Assembly: GCF_902713615.1 (NCBI RefSeq)
Contig: NC_052163.1
Span: 21,214,248 to 21,278,247, forward strand
DNA from: Scyliorhinus canicula
Taxonomy: Eukaryota
Reading direction: 5' to 3'
DNA length: 64,000 bases
This document shows positions 1 through 12,362 of this stretch, piece by piece. The stretch's first letter is position 1; every line of letters starts with the position of its first letter. Both the position numbers and the translations under genes were made by a program. The notes beneath the pieces were generated by a model. That model ran no database searches, was not told where the DNA came from, and worked only from the letters and a program-made list of their open reading frames with translations.

Positions 1-524
1 ATGCCAAAATAGTAGCCCTCTCACAATCTGCAATAGTTGGCTCCAAACAATGGAACAGATTTGTCCCTTCTTCATCTCTCTCCTGAAGGCACCGACTCTT
101 TCATGATGGATGGGTTCACCCACGTGACTACACTTGAGAAGTAATTCATTGCCGTAAGTCGCTTGATCATCTATTGAGACCATGAAAGGTGCCACAAAAA
201 GGCAAGTTATTTTCTTAAGGTTTGCAATTAATTTATTAAGACCGAAATTAGACGTCTTTCCATTTGCGTTTTAGATAGGTCTGCATTAGGGGGCAGTCAG
301 AGGGACCAGGAGACCTAGATGATCGCCGAGTGCACAACAGACCTGCCACAGAGCCAGTGACAAGCTCCAGACTTACCTGCAGCTGAACACAAACTGCAAT
401 GAACCTGGGTCAGCAGGAGATGCGTAATTCTGTCTTTCAAGTTCTACAGTCCTCCAGCGAACTTCTGCTCATAAGGTAATTGAGTTGAATGTTTCAAGAT
501 TATGAAGCAATTCACAATGTATTT

Positions 525-770
525 GGGACGATTCAGAGTTGGTTTACTGGGCTGATACTTGATACAAGGAAAGTTTAGACAGACTGAGCTCAATTGCACT
601 GGGCGTTAGGAGATTGAGGTATATAAGGTCCTGAACGGTATCGACAAGCTGGACGTGGAAAGGATGTTCAAAGTTAGGGGTCACCCTTTTAGTACAGAGA
701 TGAGGAGAAATAATTTCTCTCAGTTGGTGGACAACTTTGGAACTCTGCCTCACGAGGCAGTCAAAGATAG
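525..770 (+). mobile_element. Decayed CR1 LINE, ORF2 C-terminal fragment
   Basis: Remnants of CR1 C-terminal motifs (gaggtatataaggtcctgaacggt, aatttctctcagttggtgg, tggaactctgcc) similar to the reverse complement of 20110-20500. Confidence 0.65.
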
Positions 771-972
771 ATATAGACAAAGTTAAACTCGCATTCAAAG
801 TATCTCCATCTCGCATTCAAAGTATCGGATTGTATCTTTGACTTTGTTGATATATATATGTTTCTGGAACCCACCTCTTCATTCACCTGAGGAAGGAGCA
901 GTGCACCGAAAGCGGGTGATTTGAAACAAACCTGTTGGACTTTAATCTGGTGCTGTAAGACTTCTTACTGTG
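771..972 (+). mobile_element. Penelope-like element (PLE) terminal-repeat fragment with degenerate hammerhead motif
   Basis: Same sequence as 11640-11781; motif tcac-CTGAGGA-a-ggagcagtgcacc-GAAA-gc-gg-gtga at 883-919 has lost its cleavage triplet. Confidence 0.75.
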
Positions 973-1020
973 AAAAAATCATGGCTGATCTGTTTGTGCT
1001 TCAAGTTCAACATTCCCAGT

Positions 1021-1120
1021 AGAACAGTACAGCACAGAACAGTACAGCACAGAACAGGCCCTTCGACCCTTGATGTTGTGCCGAGCTTTGTCCGAAACCA
1101 AGATCAAGCTATCCCACTCC
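1021..1120 (-). mobile_element. CR1/HER1 3' tail fragment
   Basis: agaacagtacagcac repeated, then agaacaggcccttcg: reverse complement of the CR1-type tail. Confidence 0.65.
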
Positions 1121-2356
1121 CTGTCATCTTCCTGGATAACCTTCTCTTCTCTTCTCAAATGGCCGACTCTTTAGTCCACTAATGTTGTCCCCTTGTGTGA
1201 CTTCCCCACCAACTTAATTTTAAAGAAATTTCTATTCATTCACGGGATGCATTGGTCACTGGGCAACATTTATTGCCCATCCCCAATTGCACCGTTGGAG
1301 GAGTCCAATCACCTTCAGGCACAGGAGACAGTGCCAACAATGCGGTTCTCAGAAATAAAAATGATTGAAAAATTAGGGGATTGGTTTTATTTCTCTGATG
1401 CGCACGGCACAACTTCAATCCTCGAACTATTCTTAAAAATTACTTGTTGTTTAAAAAAAAACCCCGTGCTCAATTTGTAACGCCTGGCGCCACTGCTGAG
1501 GTATTTTTGAGCACATGTCGTCCATGGTTTGGAAGGACCTCCTACTTTCAACCGTTTATATAAAGCTGGCTCTGGGTGTTTACATTCACCTTCACAACAA
1601 GGAGGCCAACATACTGTTGGAAGTGTTTATTTGGAGCAAAAAGGGACAGCAGGAGCAACAAAGGGTTGTATCACCTGCTCCCGCCCTACATGGATTCTAT
1701 CATCTAGGTGATAATCACTAAGGCACATTAGGGACTGTTGCTATGAACGTCAGTCTGCTGTGAAGAAAGTTCAAAATGAGATAGCAAGCAGCAGCAGACT
1801 TAATGTTTACCAAAAGGATGGTAAACATATTGGTACATCACTGAATGAAACCGGATAGCGGCATGTACAGCAGGGCCTGTTCGCATCGACGTTTGCATTT
1901 ACTTAAATGAAATACAGTGAACAGATGGAACTGGACAAATATTTAACAAATCCAAATTATTTGAGAGTGGATTCATAAATGCGATGTGATCAGTTTGCAA
2001 AAGAACATTTGATTATGTTAAGTAACAAATACATCTCTCCTCAGGTCTCTATGCAAAATAATTACCAGTCTTGGAACAACTTTCAGTTGTTTTCAGCGGA
2101 TGTGAGGCAAGACTGATTCTGCATAATAATCTCCAAATAAAGATCTTCGAATTGCGCCATCTTCACATCAGTGTTCCTAATTGTTCTAATGTTGCCCGTC
2201 ACAATTGTAACAAAATGTATGCTGTTGAAGCTTTGCTACTGAGCACAGCCAATTTGAGTCCCGTATCTGGAGTGGCACTTTTATATTTGGCACTTCTGTA
2301 GTTCAATATCACAAGAGTGCCATCACCGTGCTTATAGAAGCTAGGTGTCGCCCTTA

Positions 2357-2682
2357 ATAGAATCCCTACAGTGCAAAAGGAGGCCCTTTGGCTCATCGAG
2401 TCTGCAATGACCTTCCGAAGGGACGCCCCGTCCAAGCAACCCCCCCCCCCCCCCCACCCCCCCTCATCCCCGTAACCCCACCTAACCTTTTTGGACACGA
2501 CCGGGCAATCCATCTCACCTGCACATCTTTGGACAGCGGGAGGAAACCGGAGCACCCGGAGGAAACCCACACGGACACGGGGAGAACGTACAAATCCCAC
2601 ACAGACAGTCACCCAAGGTAGGAATCAAACCCAGGTCCCTGATGCTGTGAGGCTGCAGTGCTAACCACTGTGCCACCGTGCC
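2357..2682 (-). mobile_element. HE1-type tRNA SINE, CR1-type tail
   Basis: A/B-box head on minus strand, central gggtttcctccgggtgctccggtttcct, tail ctgtagggattcta. Confidence 0.85.
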
Positions 2683-2919
2683 ACTCACATTGCTAAATCT
2701 AGTTCCTTCGTCCCAATGGCAGAAATGTGGGTCCCAGATTCCACTATAACGTCGAGGAAGCTAGTCTCTGCATTCCAAAGGCAACCAAGTGCATGAATAT
2801 TCCTTTTCAATGACCTGAACAAGGCTGTCTACGTGGATTGTGGAACTGAGTCAAACCGGTTACATACTGGAACCAAAGAAGAATATCAAACTCTTCAGTT
2901 GTGCAGCTTTCTCATGTGG

Positions 2920-3255
2920 AATCATAAAATCCCTACAGTGCAGGAGGAGGCCATTCGGCCCATTGAGTCTGCACCGACCCTCTGAAAAAGTATTCCACTC
3001 AAGCCCACTTCATCGGCCTATTCCTATTACCCCTTAACCTAATATACACATCCCTGGACATTAAGGGGTAATTTATCATGGCCAATCCACCGAACCTGCA
3101 GATCTTTGGACTGTGGGAGGAAAGCAGAGCACCCGGAGGAAACCCACTCAGATATGGGGAGAACATGCAGACTCAGCACAGTCAGCTGAGGCCGGAATTG
3201 AACCTGGGTCCCTGGCGCTGTGAGGCAGCAGTGCTAACCATTGTGCCACCGTGCC
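2920..3255 (-). mobile_element. HE1-type tRNA SINE, CR1-type tail
   Basis: Homologous to 2357-2682. Confidence 0.8.
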
Positions 3256-3906
3256 TCCGCCCAAGAATGTGATCAGAAAGAGTTATATCTAATGTTTGCC
3301 ATATATGAATGATTCTGCCCTCGTCACAAAGAGCAACTTTTCATTCAACCAATCTTTGGCATCATGAATCCTTTGAAAGAGAGGGCCAAAGGCAATCAAA
3401 AAGGCAACAGTGATTTCTACCAAGTTGCAGTGATGAGGGGCAATGAGGTGATTATCTGACTATTTTTCTGCTTTACAATAAGCACTGTTTGGAGCTTCTG
3501 ACGATATATGGAAAGTGACAGATTACATTCACACAAAGGAAACCCATGAGTTGTCATGATTAGCTTGTACGGTGATGGCTATTAAGGGCACAGAAGGGCT
3601 GTAAACTTCTTACTGCACCAAAATCAATAACGTCATCTAGTAGACCAGAGTGACAAAGCCACAAGTTGACCTTTATTTCGCTGCAACAGGCTACACACAG
3701 CATCTTGTTTATGACTTGATTTTCAATGTATTGCTGCTGATTTTCCCGAATTCAAAATATTAATTGACTTTCCTCAGGAGGAGGGGTGGTGCAATTAATT
3801 GGAACATTCTTTCTTCACCACTGTAATGGAGTTTGAACTTGGTCCAGGCAGATAGGAAAGCCCCCTGATGTCTGTTTTATTAATTCCATCTCGCATGGCA
3901 AAAGTT

Positions 3907-4410
3907 ATTTTTTAAAAATAAATTTAGAGTACCCAATTCATGTTTTCTAATTAAGGACAATTTAGCCTGGTCAATCCATCTACCCTGCACATCTTTGGTT
4001 TGTGGGAGCGAAACCCACGCAACACGGTGTTGCGCTAACAATTGCACACAGAAACACGAAACGGTACAAAAGAGGCTTTATTACCGTGAGATGTTATTAC
4101 GTCAAGTGGAGCTGTAAAATGGAGGCTCAGGAGACCTCATGGATATTTATACTGCTCCTGTGGGCGGAGCTAGCCGGCAGGGGCTTACCGACAAACTATG
4201 CAGGGGCTTACCGACAAACCTGTAATAGCCGGTACTATTGTACATCCCCTAATAGAGGCACACACATATATATATATATATACAGTGGTATTACCACACA
4301 CGGGGAGAGTGTGCAAACTCCACATGGACAGTGACCCAGAGCCGGGATCGAACCCGGGTCCTAGTCGGTGTGAGGCAGCAGGGCTAACCCACTGCGCCAC
4401 CGTGCTGCCC
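3907..4410 (-). mobile_element. HE1-type SINE, poly(A) subtype, interrupted by a solo LTR
   Basis: TSD cgcatggcaaaa at 3892-3903 and 4411-4422; tRNA head at 4340-4410. Confidence 0.85.
4028..4298 (-). mobile_element. Solo LTR, 271 bp
   Basis: TG...CA ends; 5-bp TSD cacgg at 4023-4027 and 4299-4303; TATA-like motif and AATAAA on minus strand. Confidence 0.85.
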
Positions 4411-5079
4411 CGCATGGCAAAAATTAACACGAGAAAGTGTACATTAAAAGAGACAGATGCGGTGATTATAATGTATGAAACTTAGTTTATTTGATTGCTG
4501 GGCCTGTTTGTGCAGCTTGTGCACTTTCCTCTCTATTCCCTCATTTTCGCCCCACCCTTCCCTCCCCTGAGTCACTCGCACTATGAGCACAAGGTAGACT
4601 CGAGTGTCGCTGCCAAGCAGCCATTATTCACGTGTGTGTGTGTCAACACGTTAGGATTAGATTGGGTAACTGTGGGAACATCATGGGCAGGCTTGATCTC
4701 TCTCTTTCACTTCCTGTCCACACACGCACATTTCCCAGCTGCAGGCATGAGATAGCAACTGGGCAGCATCAACACAGCCTGATTTACCTGCACAAATGCG
4801 GAGGGGGCGGGAGGGGGGGACTGCAGCCGTTTGACATGAACTAACTCAGCACAGACAGGGATCGAAACTGAAACTGTCCTGGATTTACACGCTCAGCTAC
4901 TTACTTGCTGGATAAATATGATGAACCATCAGGGCAAATTTGGATTCTTTAAAAATAAGAACTGACCATATATCTCTCCCTCGTATTGCCAGCGCTGTGG
5001 TTTTATAATCAGACATTGAATTGTTTAAGGCCCCCATTTTAAATTTGATTGCTTGCTTTTTTTTTTACTGTTGCCAGGT

Positions 5080-5895
5080 TTATTCATTCATGGATGCGAG
5101 CATTGTTGAATCAGCCGGCAATTATTGTTCATCCCTAACGGTCCTTGAGAAGGCGATGGAGAGCCACCTTTTAAACTGCTGCCAATGCTTCTCCACCATC
5201 CTACCTTTCAATCTATTATCCCAGTTCACTTCAGTCAACTCTGCTTTAATATCCTTCATTTAAGCTGAAGACATGAGTCTTAAACCCACGGCTTCTCACC
5301 TTCAAATTGAATGTGAAATTCTACCATGTTGTGATAATTGTTGCCTAGGAACATTTTTACTGTGAGGTCATTCATTAATCCTGTCTCCATTAACATTACC
5401 CTGGTATGAAATAGCCTGCTCCCTGGTTGGCTCCAGCATATTGCTCTTAAGAAATTGTCCCCAAAAACACTCAATTGAACCCATCTCCCAGACCAGCTTT
5501 TGATTCAATTTGTCCAATCTATATGAAGATTGAAATCATCCACGATTGTTGTAGTGTCTATCTTGCAAAGCCCATTATTTCTTGATTTATAACTTGCCCA
5601 ACAGCTTAGCTATTGTTGGGGCCTTTAAACGACTCCGACAAGTAACTTCTTTCCTTTGCTATTCCTTATCTCCATCCGAACTGGTTCTACATCTTGTTCT
5701 TTCGAACCAAGGTCATCTCTCAACTCTTTACTAACCTCGCCTTTTAGTAACAGTCATGCCACCACCTTTTCCTTCCTGGCTTTCTGAAATGTCAAATACC
5801 CTCCAGAATTGAGGTCCCAACCTTGGTCACCTTGTAACCAATCTCTGCAATGGTTAACAGATTACATTTATTCATTTCAATATGTGCTGTCAATT
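5080..5895 (-). mobile_element. Old CR1/L2-clade LINE remnants
   Basis: Resembles degraded LINE 3' end and endonuclease-region sequence; no ORF. Confidence 0.45.
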
Positions 5896-5921
5896 TTGTT
5901 ATGAATGCATTCAGATATACA

Positions 5922-6638
5922 GGGCGCGATTCTCCGCACTCACGACGGGGCAGAGAATAGCGGGCGGTGTAAATTTTTATGGCCACGCTGGTCTGACACC
6001 CTCCCGCTATTCTCCCCCCCCCCCGCCCGCCTCCCGACACAAATCGCTGCCCGCCGTTTTTTTACGGCGAGCAGCGATTCACCCCTGGCCGATGGGCCGA
6101 TTTCCAAGGCCTTTACGGCCGTTTTTATGAACGTAAAACACACCTAGTCTGACCGTTCGTAAAAACGGCCGTAAGGTCCCGATCTGGGGAACCATGGCAC
6201 CGATTGGCACGGCAGTACCACGACCGTGCCAAGGGTGCCATGGGCCCGCGATCGGTGGGCACCGATCGTGGGCAGCGGGTACTTACCCCGCACACTCTTT
6301 CTCCCTCTGCCGCCCCGCTGTATCCATTCGCGGGGCAGCTGAGGGGCATACCGGCCCGCGCATGCGCGGGTTTCACGCATATGTGTGATGACGTCATCCG
6401 CGCATGCGCGGGTTGGAGTTGTCCAATCCGCGCATGCGCGGCCGACGTCATCTGACGCGTCAGCCGTCGGTAACTCTGGCTAGCGGGCTTAACGATGCCG
6501 GAGTTCACGGTCGCGCGATGCTAGCCCCGACCGGTGAGCTGAATCGGTTCCCGGTAGGGGGGGGCGGAGGCTGGCGTCAAACCTGCCCGTTTTTGACGCC
6601 AGCTTCCCGAGTCTTCGTGACTCGGGAGAATCGCGCCC
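5922..6638. mobile_element. PIF/Harbinger-like MITE
   Basis: Perfect 14-bp TIR GGGCGCGATTCTCC...GGAGAATCGCGCCC; 3-bp TSD aca; related copy at 34998-35720. Confidence 0.85.
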
Positions 6639-6818
6639 ACAGCCTTTAGGCCTGTCATTTTACCATTCTTCCACGTTCTGACCATATTTGCTGACCTTAG
6701 ATTCGTAAGTCTGTACGTTCTGTTGCTTCCCGTCACATTCTGGCTCACATTACCCATATTGCTAACCTGCTCTCTTGCCTTGCCCTTTTTCCGAAGATTA
6801 CACATCTCCCCTCACATG

Positions 6819-7414
6819 GGGTGGGATTCGCCGGCGCCAGTTTTCGGGCGGGGATGAGGTTTACGACGGGCCGGTCGTGGGCCGTTGGCAGGGCCCACCC
6901 CGGCAATTCTCCGGGCCCCAATGGGCCGAGCGGCCGTCGTTTTCTGGCCAGTCCCGCCGGCATAAAATGGACATGGTCCATCACGGCGGGACCTGGCTTG
7001 TAGGCCGGCTTGTTGAGTCTTCAGGGGGTCGCGGGGGGATCAGGCACTGGGGGGGAGGGGGGGGGGGGGAGGGAGGGCACGGTGGCCTGGCCCGAAATCG
7101 GGGCCCACTGATCTGCGGGTGGTCCTGTGCCGTGGGGGCACACTTTCCTTCCACACCGGCCTCCTGTAGGGCTCCGTCATGGCCGGCGTGGAGAAGAACC
7201 CCCCCCCCCCGCGTAGGAAACACACCGGCCAGTCTGCGCATGCGCCAACTCGTGCCGGCCCTTTGGTGCTGGTTGGCGCGGCACCAACCTCTCCGGCACC
7301 GGCCTAGCCCCGGAAGTGCGGAGGATTCTGCATCTTCCGGTCAGCCAGACGCCGGAGTGGTTCACGCCGCTCTTGGCGCCGGGCCATCCAGCCAGTTGCG
7401 GGAGAATCCTGCCC
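6819..7414. mobile_element. Harbinger-like MITE
   Basis: TIR gggtgggattcgcc...ggagaatcctgccc; TSD atg; related to 33364-34029. Confidence 0.8.
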
Positions 7415-7632
7415 ATGATTTCCAAACATCCCCCCCCCCCCCACCCCCCAAGATTATTCTGTTTAAAATTCTCACGACAGCCCGATTCACTTGGGCACTG
7501 GTCCCAGCACCGTTCAGGTGAAGACTGTTCCAGCTGTAGAGCTCTCGCTTTCCCCAGTGCTGGTACCGGTGTCCCGTGAGTCAATACCGGGTTCTCCCAC
7601 ACCAATACATTCAACTCTCTGTTCGTAGTTAC

Positions 7633-7901
7633 TGTGATAATCTCGCCGAGGCCAGTCTTCTAACACCAGACCCTTTTATTTACATAACGGAAAAAGCTGG
7701 AGCGACAGCTTACAGGGCACATGTACAAGCCTAGGGACCTATAGACCCCGGCCTGGGTTAAAACAGTGGGTGTTAACCTCCAGCTGCTCGTTTCCCATTG
7801 GGCGAGATCCCACCTGCTCAACAAGGATGTTCAGACTCCATGTTCATCGCCATGGGGAGATCTATTGATGATCCCCCATGTCCTTCGTGGCCACCACAAC
7901 A
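7633..7901. mobile_element. Solo LTR, 269 bp
   Basis: TGTGA...CAACA ends; 5-bp TSD gttac at 7628-7632 and 7902-7906. Confidence 0.8.
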
Positions 7902-8123
7902 GTTACCCTCTGCCAATTTGCTCATGGCTCAGGTAGTAATCCAGAGATTATTATCTTTGTGGTCCTGCTTTTTAATTTAGGCCCCAGCTGCTCATAATCC
8001 CTGAACAGAATCTCTTTCTAGTGCTGTCTATGTTATTGGTGACCACGTAGACCACTACAACTGGATCCTTCCCATCCCTCACCAGTCTCAACATATCTGC
8101 CCAACTCTGAAACTGAGCAGGCA

Positions 8124-8418
8124 CGGGCGGCACAGTAACACAGTGGGTAGCACCGTTGCTTCACAGCTCCAGGATCCCAGGTTCGATTCCCGGCATGGGT
8201 CACTGTCTGCGTGGAGTTTGCACACTCTCCCCGTGTCTGCATGTGTTTCTTCCAGTGCTCCGGTTTCCTCCCACAAGTCCCGAAAGATGTGCTATTAGGT
8301 AGTTTGGATATTCGGAATTCTCGCTCTGTGTACCCGAACGGGCGCTGGATTGTGGCGACTAGGGGCTTTTCACAGTAACTTCATGGCAATGTTAATGTAA
8401 GCCTACTTGTGACAATAA
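8124..8418 (+). mobile_element. tRNA SINE, gtggcgactaggggcttttcacagtaac tail subtype
   Basis: HE1-like head joined to a third tail type ending tgacaataa. Confidence 0.85.
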
Positions 8419-8589
8419 ACACAGCAGTCTGGACTCACTCACTCTATTGCATGCAGAGAAGCGTGTCTATACCCATGACGATACTATCCTCGACGACAAC
8501 TACATTCCTTTTTATTAACCCCCCCCCTTGCCCAGACTTACTCTCTAAACTCTCACTGCCCACAACTTGCTCTTTAAATTCTCTCCTAG

Positions 8590-10646
8590 TCTCACTGCCC
8601 CCCCAGACTCATTCTTTAACCTCTCCCCACTGTCTCACTGCCCCCCCCCCAGACTCGCTCTTTAACCTCTCCCCACTGTCTCACTGCCCCCCCCAGACTC
8701 GCTCTTTAACCTCTCCCCACTGTCTTACTGCCCCCCTCCCTCAGACTCGCTCTTTAACCTCTCCCCACTGTCTCACTGCCCCCCTCCCCCAGACTCGCTC
8801 TTTAACCTCTCCCCACTGTCTCACTGCCCCCCCTCAGACTCGCACTTTAACCTCTCCCCACTGTCTCACTGCCCCCCCCCCCAGACTCGCTCTTTAACCT
8901 CTCCCCACTGTCTCACTGCCCCCCCCAGACTCGCTCTTTAACCTCTCCCCACTGTCTTACTGCCCCCCTCCCTCAGACTCGCTCTTTAACCTCTCCCCAC
9001 TGTCTCACTGCCCCCCTCCCCCAGACTCGCTCTTTAACCTCTCCCCACTGTCTCACTGCCCCCCCCCCAGACTCGCTCTTTAACCTCTCCCCACTGTCTC
9101 ACTCCCCCCCCCAGACTCGCTCTTTAACCTCTCCCCACTGTCTCACTGCCCCCCCCCCAGACTCGCTCTTTAACCTCTCCCCACTGTCTCACTCCCCCTC
9201 TTCAGACTCGCTCTTTAACCTCTCCCCACTGTCTTACTGCCCCCCTCCCTCAGACTCGCTCTTTAACCTCTCCCCACTGTCTCACTGCCCCCCCACCCAG
9301 ACTCGCTCTTTAACCTCTCCCCACTGTCTCACTGCCCCCCCAGACTCGCTCTTTAACCTCTCCCCACTGTCTCACTGCCCCCGCACCCCAGACTCGCTCT
9401 TTAACCTCTCCCCACTGTCTCACTGCCCCCCCCAGACTCGCTCTTTAACCTCTCCCCACTGTCTCACTCCCCCTCCTCAGACTCGCTCTTTAACCTCTCC
9501 CCACTGTCTCACTGCCCCCCCCTCAGACTCGCTCTTTAACCTCTCCCCACTGTCTCACTGCCCCCCCCCCACCCAGACTCGCTCTTTAACCTCTTCCCAC
9601 TGTCTCACTGCCCCCCCTCAGACTCGCTCTTTAACCTCTCCCCACTGTCTTACTGCCCCCCTCCCTCAGACTCGCTCTTTAACCTCTCCCCACTGTCTCA
9701 CTGCCCCCCCCACCCAGACTCGCTCTTTAACCTCTCCCCACTGTCTCACTGCCCCCCCAGACTCGCTCTTTAACCTCTCCCCACTGTCTCACTGCCCCCC
9801 CAGACTCGCTCTTTAACCTCTCCCCACTGTCTCACTGCCCCCCCCAGACTCGCTCTTTAACCTCGCCCCACTGTCTCACTCCCCCTCCTCAGACTCGCTC
9901 TTTAACCTCTCCCCACTGTCTCACTGCCCCCCCCCTCAGACTCGCTCTTTAACCTCTCCCCACTGTCTCACTGCCCCCCCACCCAGACTCGCTCTTTAAC
10001 CTCTTCCCACTGTCTCACTGCCCCCCCCAGACTCGCTCTTTAACCTCTCCCCACTGTCTCACTGCCCCCCCTCAGACTCGCTCTTTAACCTCTCCCCACT
10101 GTCTCACTGCCCCCGCCCCCCAGACTCGCTCTTTATCCTCTCCCCACTGTCCCACTGCCCCCCCCCAGACTCGTTCTTTAACCTCTCCCCACTGCCTCAC
10201 TGCCCCCCCCCAGACTCGTTCTTTAACCTCTCCCCACTGTCTCACTGCCCCCCAGACTCGCTCTTTATCCTCTCCCCACTGTCTCACTGCCCCCTCCCTC
10301 AGACTCGCTCTTTAACCTCTCCCCACTGTCTCACTGCCCCCCCCAGACTCGCTCTTTATCCTCTCCCCACTGTCTCACTGCCCCCTCCCTCAGACTCGCT
10401 CTTTAACCTCTCCCCACTGTCTCACTGCCCCCCCCCCAGACTCGCTCTTTGAGCTCTCCCCACTGTCTCACTCCCCCCCCCTCAGACTCGTTCTTTAACC
10501 TCTCCCCACTGTCTCACTGCCCTCCCCTCAGACTCGCTCTTTAACCTCTCCCCACTGTCTCACTGCCCCCCCCACCCAGACTCGCTCTTTATCCTCTCCC
10601 CACTGTTTCACTCCCCCTCAGACTCGCTCTTTAACCTCTCCCCATT
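8590..10646. repeat. Minisatellite, about 48 units of 40-45 bp
   Basis: Unit cagactcgctctttaacctctccccactgtctcactg(c)n with a variable C-run. Confidence 0.97.
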
Positions 10647-11435
10647 GTATGCCCATGAATATCAGGCAGGTATGAAGCGAAGAGCAAATTTCTCATGATC
10701 AAATATTTATGACCTTTCCCCCCCTTTAGCGACAACAAATCCTTTCTCTCCTGTGACAGCAAGTGCATTTGGGACTGAATACAGAAGAATCAAACATTAT
10801 GTTCCTTGTGATTGAAGGACTAGCTCGTTCTTACTCAATAAACAAAGAATTACTGTGAACTAAAGTGCAAGTTCTAAAAGGTTGCGGGTGTTAATTGACC
10901 CTTTTGCAGCATTAAGAAATCTGTCCAAATGTATAGTTCCCTGGCTGAATCACATATTCAAAATTATGCAGTTTAATTTTCTCTAATGTCCATTGCAATT
11001 AGGGGACAAAAATAACAATTAATGCAGCTGTTAATGTTTCATTAAGGTCCATTTTCGGTTGCCACATATGATTAAAATAATTACTGTCTAAGAGTGGCAA
11101 CAATCATGTGGAATTGTAGGTTTGTATTCAGAGCTAAAGACTGCAACTATCCACTGCACTGCAAGATGAGGGAATTACTGCTTCGAATGGAGCTTTATGC
11201 GCTAAAGTAAATCAATGTAATGCTTTAATGAAGCAGTGTGTAAATTTGCATCATCTGTTTGATACAAGCAAACTCCACCAAGATATTGATGGATGTTAAT
11301 CCACAAAATGAGATACTAATCTGACAAAACAAGGGTGAATTTCCTAGTGCATTCTCCTTTGCCCCGTGAAGCTTCCAATGGAGTGCAGCAGAAATCCCGA
11401 GGAGCATTAGTCCCAACAGGAACTTACATTTATGT

Positions 11436-11818
11436 AGTAAGAAGTCTTACAACACCAGGTTAAAGTCCAGCAGGTTTGTCTGGAGTCACTAGCTTTCAGA
11501 GCGCAGCCCCTTCATCCAGCGAATGAAGAGGCGGGTTCCACAAACACATATATAGACAAAGTCAATGATGCAAGATGATTAACAGACACGATCCCGTAAA
11601 ACAAAGATGCAAGAAAGCAGACACAATCCTGAAAATAACATCTTGCATCATTGACTTTGTCTCTGTATATGTTTATGGAACCCACCTCTTCACTCACCTG
11701 AGGAAGGAGCAGTGCTCCGAAAGCTAGTGATTCCAAACAAACCTGTTGGACTTTAACCTGGTGTTGTAAGACTTCTGACTGTGTCCACCCCAGTCCAACG
11801 CCGGCATCTCCACATCAT
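11436..11818 (+). mobile_element. Penelope-like fold-back element
   Basis: Inverted arms about 11436-11578 and 11639-11781, then a 37-nt unpaired tail; TSD tacatttat(g/a)t at 11425-11435 and 11819-11829. Confidence 0.85.
11694..11730 (+). ncRNA. Minimal type I hammerhead ribozyme motif
   Basis: tcac-CTGAGGA-a-[ggagc agt gctcc]-GAAA-gc-TA-gtga: stem I tcac/gtga, 5-bp stem II, intact core, NUH=CUA. Confidence 0.75.
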
Positions 11819-11929
11819 TACATTTATATAGCGCCATTAACATAGAAAAATGTCCTATGGTAGTTCGGAGTCATGCGGTCTTTCGTGGCACAGTAGGTCA
11901 CTAGGCTCGTCAAACCCACACTGTCTGCT

Positions 11930-12362
11930 GCAAGTTTATTTTCTTTGAGTAATTATTCAGTTTCCTTTTCAAATCATTGACCCATCTCTGTTTCCAGTAT
12001 CCTCCTGGGCAGTGGGTTCCAGATCCTTAACATTCAGAACATAAAAAAGTACTTCCTAACCCCCATCCCCCCATGTCTCTTAACCAAAAGCTTAAACCGG
12101 TGCTCCTTAGTTCAATCATCAGTAAATGGTAACAAATTTCCCTCGTCTATCTTACCCAAACCTGTCATAATCTTGCACAACTCTATCAAATCTCCCCTCA
12201 ATATCCTTTGTTCCGAGGGGAACACCAGCTTCTCCGAGCTAACCTTGTAGCTAAAATCCACCATTCCTTGAAGCATTCTGCGACATCTTCTCTCACTCTC
12301 TCAAAGACCCACAGACCTTTCCTAAAGTGTGGTGACCCGAAATGGATGAAATATAGTTGTAA
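11930..12362 (-). mobile_element. Decayed CR1 LINE 3' fragment
   Basis: Minus translation gives HFGSPHFRK...FERV, matching QFWSPHYQKD...LERV in the 739-aa ORF. Confidence 0.7.

Noticed and set aside
275-480. Exon-like segment with acceptor and donor signals
   Set aside because: Stops in all plus frames and no recognisable minus-strand peptide
6775-7614. Long GC-rich ORFs in MITEs (also 23603-24316, 33202-34039, 37402-37904)
   Set aside because: Stop-codon scarcity from high GC; no transposase motifs
8590-10646. CRISPR-like array or repeat protein (ORF 8409-8897)
   Set aside because: No unique spacers, only C-run length variation; eukaryotic context with no cas genes; the ORF is repeat read-through
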